A program made the position numbers and the translations under genes. This document shows positions 1 to 8,068 of a stretch of DNA of 33,609 nt, one piece after another. The DNA lies in the NCBI GenBank assembly GCA_014730075.1, contig WJIX01000240.1:1-33609 (forward strand). Direction: 5' to 3'. Source of the stretch: a bacterium (GTDB lineage: Bacteria; Krumholzibacteriota; Krumholzibacteriia; Krumholzibacteriales; WJIX01). The notes below the pieces were generated by a model, which saw only the letters and a program-made list of their open reading frames with translations, was not told where the DNA came from and searched no databases. Within the stretch, counting starts at the first letter, position 1; each line of letters starts with the position of its first letter.

Positions 1-852
1 GCGGTGTGCGGTGTGAGCGCGGTGGTAAGCTCAATTTTTCATTCACCCCTGGGCGGAGCTCTTTTTGCCGCCGAGATAACCAGAAAGAACTCTATCATAT
101 ATCCCCACCTGTTCCCGGCCATCCTTACCGGGTGCGCGGCAGTCTATGCCTCCTCCCTGTTTGGCCAGGACCCCGTATTCGCCCTCTCGGCGCCCCCATT
201 TGCCAACCGGATCGATCATATCCTGCTCTGTGTACTGGCCGCCATCATCAGCGGGGGAGTGGGGATCCTCTTCATTGCCTCATTTAATCGAATGAAGGAA
301 TCATTCCAGATATTGCCTTTCAGGCAGCCGGCGCAGGCAGCTCTGGCCGGGATCATTCTATCTCTGATCTGGGCAGCCGGGGGGCTCGATATCCTGGGCA
401 CATCCATTCCCCTCTTCAACAGTCTCGCCTCCTGGGACAGCTCGGCGTTGAGTTCGATCCCATTTTACCCTGGTAATATATTCCTTCTTGCCGCCCTGCT
501 GCTGATACTCAAAATGACTGCCACCTCCATTACGGTTGGAAGCGGTCTCAGCGGGGGAGTGACCGGGCCACTGATTGTGATGGGGGCCTGTTTCGCCGCC
601 CTCTTCTGCGCCGCATTCGGTATTGCCGGAGGAAGCGCGGCCTACTTCGCGGTTCTATGCGCCTGTATCAGTGCCATACTCTCCTCCGCTCTCAACATAC
701 CGATAGCGGCGGCCCTGATAGCTGTGGCGGTTTTCGATCATTCCTATATCATACCCTCAGTGGTAGGAGCTATTCTTCCCTTCTTCATATTCAAGGGCAA
801 GACTGTTTTCGTATACCCCGGTTTGGAGGAGCAGCTCGAGAGGACCGGGTAA
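1..852 (+). CDS. Voltage-gated chloride channel (ClC/EriC) family protein, 5' truncated by the window edge
   Basis: Very hydrophobic ORF with ClC motifs FHSPLGGALFAAE (cf. FNAPLAGILFIIE), LKMTATSITVGSGLSGG and ALNIPIAAALI. Only the C-terminal half is present and there is no CBS tail. Confidence 0.85.
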   Translation, partial: AVCGVSAVVSSIFHSPLGGALFAAEITRKNSIIYPHLFPAILTGCAAVYASSLFGQDPVFALSAPPFANRIDHILLCVLAAIISGGVGILFIASFNRMKESFQILPFRQPAQAALAGIILSLIWAAGGLDILGTSIPLFNSLASWDSSALSSIPFYPGNIFLLAALLLILKMTATSITVGSGLSGGVTGPLIVMGACFAALFCAAFGIAGGSAAYFAVLCACISAILSSALNIPIAAALIAVAVFDHSYIIPSVVGAILPFFIFKGKTVFVYPGLEEQLERTG

Positions 853-1168
853 TAACCGGAAACAACCCTCAACCAGAAGGAATATCGCTGAACCGCCGGG
901 GAGTATGATAACCACCCCCCCCGCTCAGGGGTAACTTTTCCTTAATCACTATCCCGGACTGGTGATAAATCCCCAGCACAGGATCAGATTCATTCCTCTC
1001 AGCCCCGGCCAGGTGGGCCGGAAGCATGGCTTTAGCTGCTGTTATAATAGAAGTTACAGAAAGACAGTAGTTTCCGGCAGGGATAGAGGCCGGTATTAAT
1101 GATAACGGAATAAATATTGTATTGTTAATCGGGCGTGGAAATACGGACTGGCAGAAAAGGAAGCAAAG

Positions 1169-1516
1169 ATGTCGGTTAAGAACCTGACAAGACATACCAT
1201 GCTGGGACATACACTGCTGACACTGAGCAGGAATTTCCCCAGGACTCTCAAGCATATCAACCAGTTCGGTATTCCCGAAGGTTACGCCCTGTGGATATCT
1301 CCCTGCAGCGCCATCTACACGGTGGGAATGAATAATCCGGTGGATATCGTATTCCTTGACAAAGACCGGAGGATCATAAAGATTCTCCGGAACTTCCCCC
1401 CCAGCTGTTTCGCCAGGACAGATTCAGAGTCAATCGGCGCCCTGGAGCTTCCTCCAAACCGTCTTGCCCAGACCAACTCCTTTCTGGGTGACAGAATCAA
1501 GCTTGAAATAGATTAG
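1169..1516 (+). CDS. DUF192 family protein
   Basis: Pattern LWISPCSAIYTVGMNNPVDIVFLDKDRRIIKI...ALELP...GDRI matches the DUF192 family. AAGGAAG RBS upstream of the ATG. Confidence 0.8.
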   Translation: MSVKNLTRHTMLGHTLLTLSRNFPRTLKHINQFGIPEGYALWISPCSAIYTVGMNNPVDIVFLDKDRRIIKILRNFPPSCFARTDSESIGALELPPNRLAQTNSFLGDRIKLEID

Positions 1517-1555
1517 TCCCCGCGACCGGCGAAAGTTCCCTGATCCTGATCAATC

Positions 1556-2692
1556 TCACCAGTATCCTAAACCAGCGTATCCCACCCAATGGCGGAGGGT
1601 GCTGATATTTGTCATGCCCAGCCCCAGAGTGCGATCCGGATCTGCAGGAGCATCCAGGCTGGTGCCATAACGGAGCAGAAATCCTTCCGGTTTTTCCCGT
1701 CCCGAGAGCTCGCAGAGCTCGAGCAGGGTCCGCAATCCAAAAGGTATGGAATAAACCCCGCACCAGGTAACCTTGTAAGGCCATTCAAGGTCGTCCCTTT
1801 CCACCAGCTCCCTGAACCTGGACAGCCCGGCCCGGTCGATAATACCTGTAAGAGAGGAGTCTATTATCTTCATCTCCTGTTCCAGAGCCCTCTGGTAACC
1901 CTCGCGGTCCGTCCCGAAAGGAGCGTAATTTCTTCCACCCCATTTGCGGTCGCCGTAATGTACGCAGTCTGCGGAAATCAGGACCGCCAGGTCCTCTCCG
2001 AGAACCCAGCCCCGCCGATTCATCTGCTCTTTAAGGGCTGAAGCGGTCAGGCCCGCCAGCTTTCCCTGAAGCTCCCCCTTTAACCTGGTGACCAGGACAG
2101 GGACTATTCGCAACTCTTCAGCTTCCGGCCCACCGAACCCGGGAAACTGCAGGAAGGGAATGAAAGACTCGATCGAATGCTCGCCGGCATGCAACCCATT
2201 ATCAACCATTACATATTCTCCGGGAAGGGCGGCGATCAGGTCTTCTCTCAGCCCGGAAACCTCGCAGTTTCCGTAAGGCCCCTTCCAGGCGTCGTAACTG
2301 TCAAAAACGAGCCTGCCTTCGATCCCGGCGCGGCGGCAGGAGTGGCACACCCCGAAGATAACCACCACCGGAGCCTTCACCCTCTTCATTACCTCCAGGT
2401 AGACCGGCCCGGCATAGAGGTAATCGTCGTGCGGGCAGATTGCAGCTGTCATTACACCTTCAGGAAGGCCCTCCGTCGCCTTCGCGCCGGAACGGCTACG
2501 CCCGTACCGGCCCGCCATTTCGACCACCAGCTCCACCTGTGCGGGTGAAGTGGCATAACCCACGGTATCAACCGGCATTCTAACCGAACCCTGTTCCGCC
2601 GCGAATGTATGAACCGGGGTGATTAACCCGTCCCGTAGGATTAAATTCAATACAGCCAGCAGGGATAAAGTTAACAATATCTTCTTTCTCAT
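1556..2692 (-). CDS. MEMO1 / AmmeMemoRadiSam system protein B family protein with N-terminal signal or anchor sequence
   Basis: Motifs ICPHDDYLYAG, IFGVCH, EHSIESFIPFLQ, ISADCVHYG and WCG. Start placed at ATG 2692 (MRKKILLTLSLLAVLNL) because GGAGG lies 7 nt upstream. Confidence 0.85.
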   Translation of the reverse strand: MRKKILLTLSLLAVLNLILRDGLITPVHTFAAEQGSVRMPVDTVGYATSPAQVELVVEMAGRYGRSRSGAKATEGLPEGVMTAAICPHDDYLYAGPVYLEVMKRVKAPVVVIFGVCHSCRRAGIEGRLVFDSYDAWKGPYGNCEVSGLREDLIAALPGEYVMVDNGLHAGEHSIESFIPFLQFPGFGGPEAEELRIVPVLVTRLKGELQGKLAGLTASALKEQMNRRGWVLGEDLAVLISADCVHYGDRKWGGRNYAPFGTDREGYQRALEQEMKIIDSSLTGIIDRAGLSRFRELVERDDLEWPYKVTWCGVYSIPFGLRTLLELCELSGREKPEGFLLRYGTSLDAPADPDRTLGLGMTNISTLRHWVGYAGLGYW

Positions 2693-2815
2693 CCTGATAC
2701 CTCCACGGATGCCGGCTCCCGGCATTCTTCGCCGATATTCTCAAGCCCTGATTACAGAAACAGTATCATGGATAGGATGATAACTCCAATTGCCCGCGCT
2801 GTCTTCAATTTTATC

Positions 2816-2844
2816 TTACCCTCAGCGGTCAGGGCATGTATAAT
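2816..2844 (+). promoter_or_regulatory. Putative sigma70-type promoter for the aldolase gene
   Basis: Perfect TATAAT at 2839-2844, with a weak -35 (TTACCC) 17 nt upstream, in the divergent intergenic region. Confidence 0.35.
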
Positions 2845-2876
2845 GGTATTGTTTTGTCACAAAGGGAGAGGGCAGA

Positions 2877-3506
2877 ATGCCAGGTAATATCAGAGAGGAA
2901 ATAGCGGAAATAACCCAACGGCTCTACCGCAGGGGGCTCACCACCGTATCGGGAGGAAACATCAGCGCCAGAGGGGGAAACGGTTCAATATTCATTACAA
3001 GGTCAGGGCCCGACAAGGGAATGCTCACCGGGGAGGATATCTGCGAGATATCATCCGGGGGGGATATTCTATCAGCAGGGCTCAATCCCAGTATGGAAAC
3101 CGGAATGCATCTGGCAATATACCGGCGGCGGCCTGATACCTGCGCGATAATTCATAGCCACCCCACAGTGGCATGCGCCTTCTCAGCCACCGACAGAGAG
3201 ATCGACACTACCCTTACAGGCGAGACATACCTGCTGCTCGGAAAGATCGAAAAGGTGCCGGGGGAGACCATGGGCTCGGAAGCTCTGGCAGATGAAGTGG
3301 GGAAGGCGGCCGCAGGCTCCGATGTAATAATGATCGGAAACCATGGGCCGGTCTGCCTGGGAAGATCCCTGATGGAGGCCTACAATAGAACGGAAGTTCT
3401 GGAACAGGCAGCCAGAATGACACTGGCCGCTCATATGCTGGGAAACTGCAGTAGGCTCTCAGCGGAAACCCTCAGGCATATAGATTCTATTTTCAGGGGA
3501 AGCTGA
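2877..3506 (+). CDS. Class II aldolase/adducin family protein (L-fuculose-phosphate aldolase-like)
   Basis: Motifs GGNISAR, PSMETGMH, AIIHSHP and GNHG supply the catalytic Glu and the three Zn-binding His. GGGAGAGG RBS. Confidence 0.9.
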   Translation: MPGNIREEIAEITQRLYRRGLTTVSGGNISARGGNGSIFITRSGPDKGMLTGEDICEISSGGDILSAGLNPSMETGMHLAIYRRRPDTCAIIHSHPTVACAFSATDREIDTTLTGETYLLLGKIEKVPGETMGSEALADEVGKAAAGSDVIMIGNHGPVCLGRSLMEAYNRTEVLEQAARMTLAAHMLGNCSRLSAETLRHIDSIFRGS

Positions 3507-3532
3507 AAAAAAGCATATCCGGGACAACCCGG

Positions 3533-4627
3533 TCAACCGGCTGGCAGTAGAATCTCCACGGAGGTCCCGCTTCCCGGACTGGTATTGACCGAGAGCTCCC
3601 CGTGGTGCCTCTTTATTATGCTTTCGGCAACCGGAAGCCCCAGGCCGACCGAACTGCCCTTCTTCCAGGTACTGTAGAAGAGCTCCAGGCACTTCTCCTT
3701 CTGCTCTGCGCCCATCCCGCATCCGCTGTCTTCAACAACAACCCGGTAATATTTCTGCTCCCTTTCCCCCAGCATCTTTACCACTCCGGTCAGCTTGAGC
3801 GTTATCTCTCCCTGCTCCTCTATCGCCTCCCGGGCGTTGTAGCATATATTCAGTATGGCGTTCTCGATCTTCTCTCTCTCCACCATGACGAAACAGTCCT
3901 CTCCGGGGAGCTCCGTTCTTACCGTAATGCCCTCCGGGAATTCCTTCCGCAGGTAGCTTTCTATTCCTCTGATAATATCATTGAGCGATTCCCTGTTCCG
4001 ATCTCCGATCTTCTGGTTGGTAATATCCTGCATCCTCTTTATATAATCCCCTATCTTGCCTGATATCTCCAGGATCTCCTTCAGGTCTGAACTGACCGAT
4101 TTGTCATCATCGGTTGCCTCCAGCGCTAGGGCCGCGACACCGCTGACTCCGTATAGATAGTTGTTGAGGTCATGGGCTACGCTCGAGAGTATCACTCTGG
4201 CTTCTTCGACGTCGCGGGAACGGAGCAGCTCTGATGAGATGGATGTCCCGGTGTCGGCGATCATCCCCACTCCTGCGATCCCCTCTATCCTTCCATCATG
4301 AGAGTAAACCGGTTCCAGCGCAAAATTGAATGCCCCGTTTTCTTCTTCTCCATCCGCGGGGACCGAGACCCGTAACTCCTCTCCACCCTGCACCCGTCGC
4401 TCCGCATCGCCGGGAAATACCGATATGGACAGGTCTTCATCGGTAAGGCCGACCACCTCTTCCCTCTTCAGCCCGGCAATATCGCGGTAAGGCCTGTTCG
4501 CATAAAGGTACTTGCCCTCTCTGTCCTTGATGAACAGGGCAAATCCCAGTTTCTGCGATGCCGACGCCAGGGCCTGGATCAGTTCCGGACCTGCCGGGGC
4601 GGTTCTTCCATTCTGCGCTTTACCCAT
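3533..4627 (-). CDS. Cytoplasmic PAS-domain sensor histidine kinase (no receiver domain)
   Basis: PAS N-terminus (FIKDREGKYLYAN...VVGLTDEDL), H-box VAHDLNNYL, N-box NICYNAREA, G1 DSGCGM, G2 GLGL and terminal GTSVEILLP. Confidence 0.9.
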   Translation of the reverse strand: MGKAQNGRTAPAGPELIQALASASQKLGFALFIKDREGKYLYANRPYRDIAGLKREEVVGLTDEDLSISVFPGDAERRVQGGEELRVSVPADGEEENGAFNFALEPVYSHDGRIEGIAGVGMIADTGTSISSELLRSRDVEEARVILSSVAHDLNNYLYGVSGVAALALEATDDDKSVSSDLKEILEISGKIGDYIKRMQDITNQKIGDRNRESLNDIIRGIESYLRKEFPEGITVRTELPGEDCFVMVEREKIENAILNICYNAREAIEEQGEITLKLTGVVKMLGEREQKYYRVVVEDSGCGMGAEQKEKCLELFYSTWKKGSSVGLGLPVAESIIKRHHGELSVNTSPGSGTSVEILLPAG

Positions 4628-4735
4628 ATCCTCGCCAACTGCCGTTTCTGAAAACTCAAATGGTGGATCCAGTTATAATATCGGCCAACCGGATAAAACC
4701 TTAACCTTACAACTCATCCAGCGGGGCGGGGCAGG

Positions 4736-5863
4736 TCAGTTGCTCAGGGTCATCATTACCCGGATAGCCTCCTCGAAATCACTCCTGGTGATAACTCCCA
4801 GAAGACTCCCCTGGTTATTTACAACCGGGTATGATTCATACTTCCGGGCATTGATCAGATGAAAGACCCTTGCCGGGGAGCTGCTCAACCCTATCACATA
4901 ATCGGTAAGATTGGTGTTGATAACATCCTTTACTTCCAGCTCGGGCCTCTTCTCCGGATCAATCTTCTTGACGTCGCCGATAGTGACTATACCCAGCATT
5001 CTCCCATCAGAGACTACCGGGAAGAAATAGGAGTGGTACTTCTCGAAATATTCATCCATCAGGGTCTGCAGATCCATGGTCAGGCCTACCGTAACCACAT
5101 TCTTCCTGACCAGATCCGAGATATCAAGCCTCTTCATAACCTGGTGGTAGAGGATGGCTCCGTAACTTCTAATCGCTGCCTGCCTCAGAAAGGTACCTAT
5201 TATCATCAGCCAGATCCCGCCGATGAAGTTTCCGTAGAATATCAGGCTGAAGAGGCCGAGTCCTATGAGAAAAAGCGCGAAGTACTTGCCTATCCTGCTG
5301 GCTATATCGGTCGCCCTTACGATATTCTTCTTTCTGTACCAGATAATCGCCCGCAGGATCCTGCCCCCGTCCAGCGGAAAGCCGGGGACCATATTAAACA
5401 GGAAGATTACTATATTTATATAGACCAGCGATTCGAACAGTACCGACAGAGCCCGGATGGAGCGAAAAAGCAGAGAAAGCAGGAAGAACAGACCTGCCAG
5501 GACAAGGGTCATGGCCGGCCCGGCTGATGCCATTTTCAGCTCCACCACCGGGTCCTCCACCTCGTTCTCCATGTGGGCGACTCCACCGAACATGAACAGG
5601 GTTATCTTTCCTATAGGAAGGCCATTTTTCTTGGCCACCAGCGAATGGCTGAACTCGTGCAGCAGGATGGAAAGGAAGAGAAAAAGGGAAGCGAAGAAAG
5701 CCATTATCCACAGCTGGGTGGTTGAAAAGATCCCGGGATAGCTCTCCGAGTAGAACCCCGTGGCGAAACTCCAGGTCATCAGTACCAGTATGACCAGCCA
5801 GCTGATATGGACCTGTACCGGTATGCCCCAGAGTTTGAAAAGGTGAAGAGACCTCTTAAACAT
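4736..5863 (-). CDS. Site-2 protease (peptidase M50) with tandem C-terminal CBS domains
   Basis: HEFSH zinc motif, FNMVPGFPLDGGRILRA, multiple TM helices and two CBS repeats (FPVVSDGRMLGIVTIGD; YPVVNNQGSLLGVITRSD). Confidence 0.93.
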   Translation of the reverse strand: MFKRSLHLFKLWGIPVQVHISWLVILVLMTWSFATGFYSESYPGIFSTTQLWIMAFFASLFLFLSILLHEFSHSLVAKKNGLPIGKITLFMFGGVAHMENEVEDPVVELKMASAGPAMTLVLAGLFFLLSLLFRSIRALSVLFESLVYINIVIFLFNMVPGFPLDGGRILRAIIWYRKKNIVRATDIASRIGKYFALFLIGLGLFSLIFYGNFIGGIWLMIIGTFLRQAAIRSYGAILYHQVMKRLDISDLVRKNVVTVGLTMDLQTLMDEYFEKYHSYFFPVVSDGRMLGIVTIGDVKKIDPEKRPELEVKDVINTNLTDYVIGLSSSPARVFHLINARKYESYPVVNNQGSLLGVITRSDFEEAIRVMMTLSN

Positions 5864-5884
5864 GTGAACTCTTTCAGGTACGGC

Positions 5885-6256
5885 TCAGGAAGATGGCTGC
5901 AGCTCATCCTCGCTGTAATAACCGGAGAAACGGTTGGATTCGTCGACTCTGATGAAGAGGGGGTACCTCCGGTCCTCGGTCCACGCGAAGGTCATTATAT
6001 CCACGGCATCGCCCTCCTTGACCAGGTGCGCGGCAGCTCCGTTCATACAGATAACCCCCGAACCACGCCTGCCCTTAATCACGTAGGTCTGTAATCTGTT
6101 GCCATTGGTCCTGTCCACCACCAGCACATTCTCCTGCTCGCTCAGGTCAGCCTTCTCGATGAGGTCTTCATCTATGGTTATACTACCCACGTACCTCAGG
6201 TCCGCCTGGGTAACCCTGGCGTTCATTATCATTGACTTGAGTACGAGTCTTTTCAT
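5885..6256 (-). CDS. panD: Aspartate 1-decarboxylase (PanD) family pyruvoyl proenzyme, divergent at Lys9, His11 and Ile86
   Basis: Colinear with PanD from ATG 6256 (GAGGT RBS). It keeps the YVG|SITID cleavage site, NGNRLQTY (R54/T57/Y58) and MNGAAAH (N72), but has KSMIM instead of KSKIH. Confidence 0.85.
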   Translation of the reverse strand: MKRLVLKSMIMNARVTQADLRYVGSITIDEDLIEKADLSEQENVLVVDRTNGNRLQTYVIKGRRGSGVICMNGAAAHLVKEGDAVDIMTFAWTEDRRYPLFIRVDESNRFSGYYSEDELQPSS

Positions 6257-6352
6257 CATACCACCTCGGGCCAGAATCACAACTTCTCCTCGCTATAATA
6301 TATCAAATTGTCACTCATGAAAACAAGTGCGGCGTTCCCCCTGCCGGAGTAA

Positions 6353-8068
6353 TTACAGCTTCATCCCCTCTATCTCGGTAAGATAACGCACGAAATGATT
6401 ATCTTCGTCAACCAGGATATTGCTGAAGTTGCCGCCCGTCTCGCTGGACCAGGTAAAGGCCATGATCCCTATCTCGTCGCCCTCCCGGATATGGTTTGCC
6501 ACCGCGCCGGAGGCAACCATCCTGCCGGAGCCCGGCCTGTCGGACACCGCAAAAGTCTCCAGCCTGGCCCCGTTGGTAGCATCCACTATCAGGATCTTCT
6601 CATACTGGTCGATATTTGCAAGTTTCATGATCTCCCCGTCTATCCTCAGGCAGTCGCTCATCTCCGGCTCGGTCCCGGTGATACTGGCCTTGTGGACCTT
6701 TGACTTGATTACCAGCCTGTCAGTGGTATCGGAGATGATGAACTTGGATTTGCCGGCGGGAGTCAGAGGTATCTCAGTGACTATCAGGAAGTTTACATGC
6801 ATATTGGCACCGCAGCAGTCCGATATCTTCTTCCTGAGGATACCGGTATTTTCATCTTTCCACCCCTGTTCCGGAACGATCCTGAAATCTATGGAGTTGA
6901 GCGCCTTCTGCTCTATCTGGAACCTCCTGATCCCGGGGACTGACCTGGACAGGCTGGTCCAGAAGAAACCGCCCACCGATTTTCCGTCCGGTGTCCTTAT
7001 GTTATCAAAGCTCCTGCCCTCCACCCGCTCCAGCAGGGGCAGCCCCCTGCCGCACTCGCATTTACGCCCGGCGGCTACAGCCACGTCCCCGGTCCGGTAA
7101 CGTATAAACGGCATGTACATATTCATCAGGTCGGTTACCACTATCTCACCCGCCTCCCCCGGACGGGCCGGCCTCCCCTCCTTATTTATCAGCTCCACCA
7201 GGTGTAGATCAGAGGCGATATGCAGGCCTCGATGCTCCTGGCACTCGAAGGCGACATCGGCAAACTCCCTGCTGCCGTAACTGTTATAGATCGGGGCGTT
7301 GAAGACCTCCTCAATCAGTTCTCTCTGCTTGGGATACAGGGTCTCCCCGCCTGTCACCACCGCCTCCGGCTTATGCAGGTTTATTGATTTCCTCCTGCAG
7401 TAACCGGCGAACTGGACCAGCGCGGATGGGTACCCGATTATCAGTTCAGGCTTGAAGGAGCGTTCCATGGCCGCGTATTTCTTCATCCTCGAATCAGACA
7501 TATCGAAAGTTGATATCAGCCTGGTATTATTGAAGTAGCTCCTGACTCTCCTGATTATACGTTCCTTCAGGCTCAGGTCCATATCCACACCCCAGAATTT
7601 CAGCTCCCTGGTACCTATATCAATCCCGGCTATCCGCAGCTGCCTCAGACGGTTGGCCCTCCGGAAAGGTATGGCGGCCCGGTCACAATAGAAATAGAGC
7701 GGAGCGCCGGTAGACCCGCCGGTACTGGAGGGATAACCGTTGCGAAGAGGGTCTCCGGTAATCAGCGACCGGGAATTGTCTTTTATCACATTCCTGGTCA
7801 GGTATGGTATCTTACGGAAATCATCCATATCCGAGATCTGGCGGACATTTATCCCCCTCCTCTTGAACAGCTCGCGGTAATAAGGAACATGAACTGACAC
7901 CTGTCTGAGAAGTTCCTGAAGCCTTCTCCACTGGAGGTCCTCGATTTCCCCGCTGGAGAGATACTGGTTGCCCTCCAGCTCCTCCAGGATAGCCAGGATC
8001 CGGTCCCTCTTGAATCCCCGGTAGATCGGATAGATCACATTTCTGACAAATGACGGAATCAGCGGCAT
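6353..8068 (-). CDS. PaaK/CapK-type (phenylacetate-CoA ligase-like) adenylate-forming enzyme fused to a C-terminal PanD-like domain
   Basis: ANL motifs VPYYRELF, STGGSTGAP, YGSREF, PFIRYRTGD, VEGRSFD and LTPAGK. The last ~123 aa (6353-6724) align to PanD: KSKVH, IVDATNGARLET, GSG, GDEI. Start placed at ATG 8068; the ORF caller gives 8089. Confidence 0.88.
   Translation of the reverse strand: MPLIPSFVRNVIYPIYRGFKRDRILAILEELEGNQYLSSGEIEDLQWRRLQELLRQVSVHVPYYRELFKRRGINVRQISDMDDFRKIPYLTRNVIKDNSRSLITGDPLRNGYPSSTGGSTGAPLYFYCDRAAIPFRRANRLRQLRIAGIDIGTRELKFWGVDMDLSLKERIIRRVRSYFNNTRLISTFDMSDSRMKKYAAMERSFKPELIIGYPSALVQFAGYCRRKSINLHKPEAVVTGGETLYPKQRELIEEVFNAPIYNSYGSREFADVAFECQEHRGLHIASDLHLVELINKEGRPARPGEAGEIVVTDLMNMYMPFIRYRTGDVAVAAGRKCECGRGLPLLERVEGRSFDNIRTPDGKSVGGFFWTSLSRSVPGIRRFQIEQKALNSIDFRIVPEQGWKDENTGILRKKISDCCGANMHVNFLIVTEIPLTPAGKSKFIISDTTDRLVIKSKVHKASITGTEPEMSDCLRIDGEIMKLANIDQYEKILIVDATNGARLETFAVSDRPGSGRMVASGAVANHIREGDEIGIMAFTWSSETGGNFSNILVDEDNHFVRYLTEIEGMKL

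Noticed and set aside
1-852. Fluoride exporter (CLC-F) assignment
   Set aside because: The GEVTP signature is absent (GGVTGP here), and the N-terminal signature and any riboswitch lie outside the window.
869-1255. 128-aa minus-strand ORF between the ClC and DUF192 genes
   Set aside because: It overlaps the DUF192 start and an AT-rich promoter-like region, and has no recognisable features. I also found no Flp pilin gene here, despite DUF192 often lying near tad loci.
2877-3506. Specific gene symbol (fucA, mtnB or araD) for the aldolase
   Set aside because: The motifs are shared across the family and no pathway neighbours discriminate between them.
5885-8068. Reading the locus as an ordinary pantothenate gene plus a panD pseudogene remnant
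   Set aside because: Both frames are intact and colinear, the substitutions are reciprocal rather than random, and panB/panC are absent from the window.
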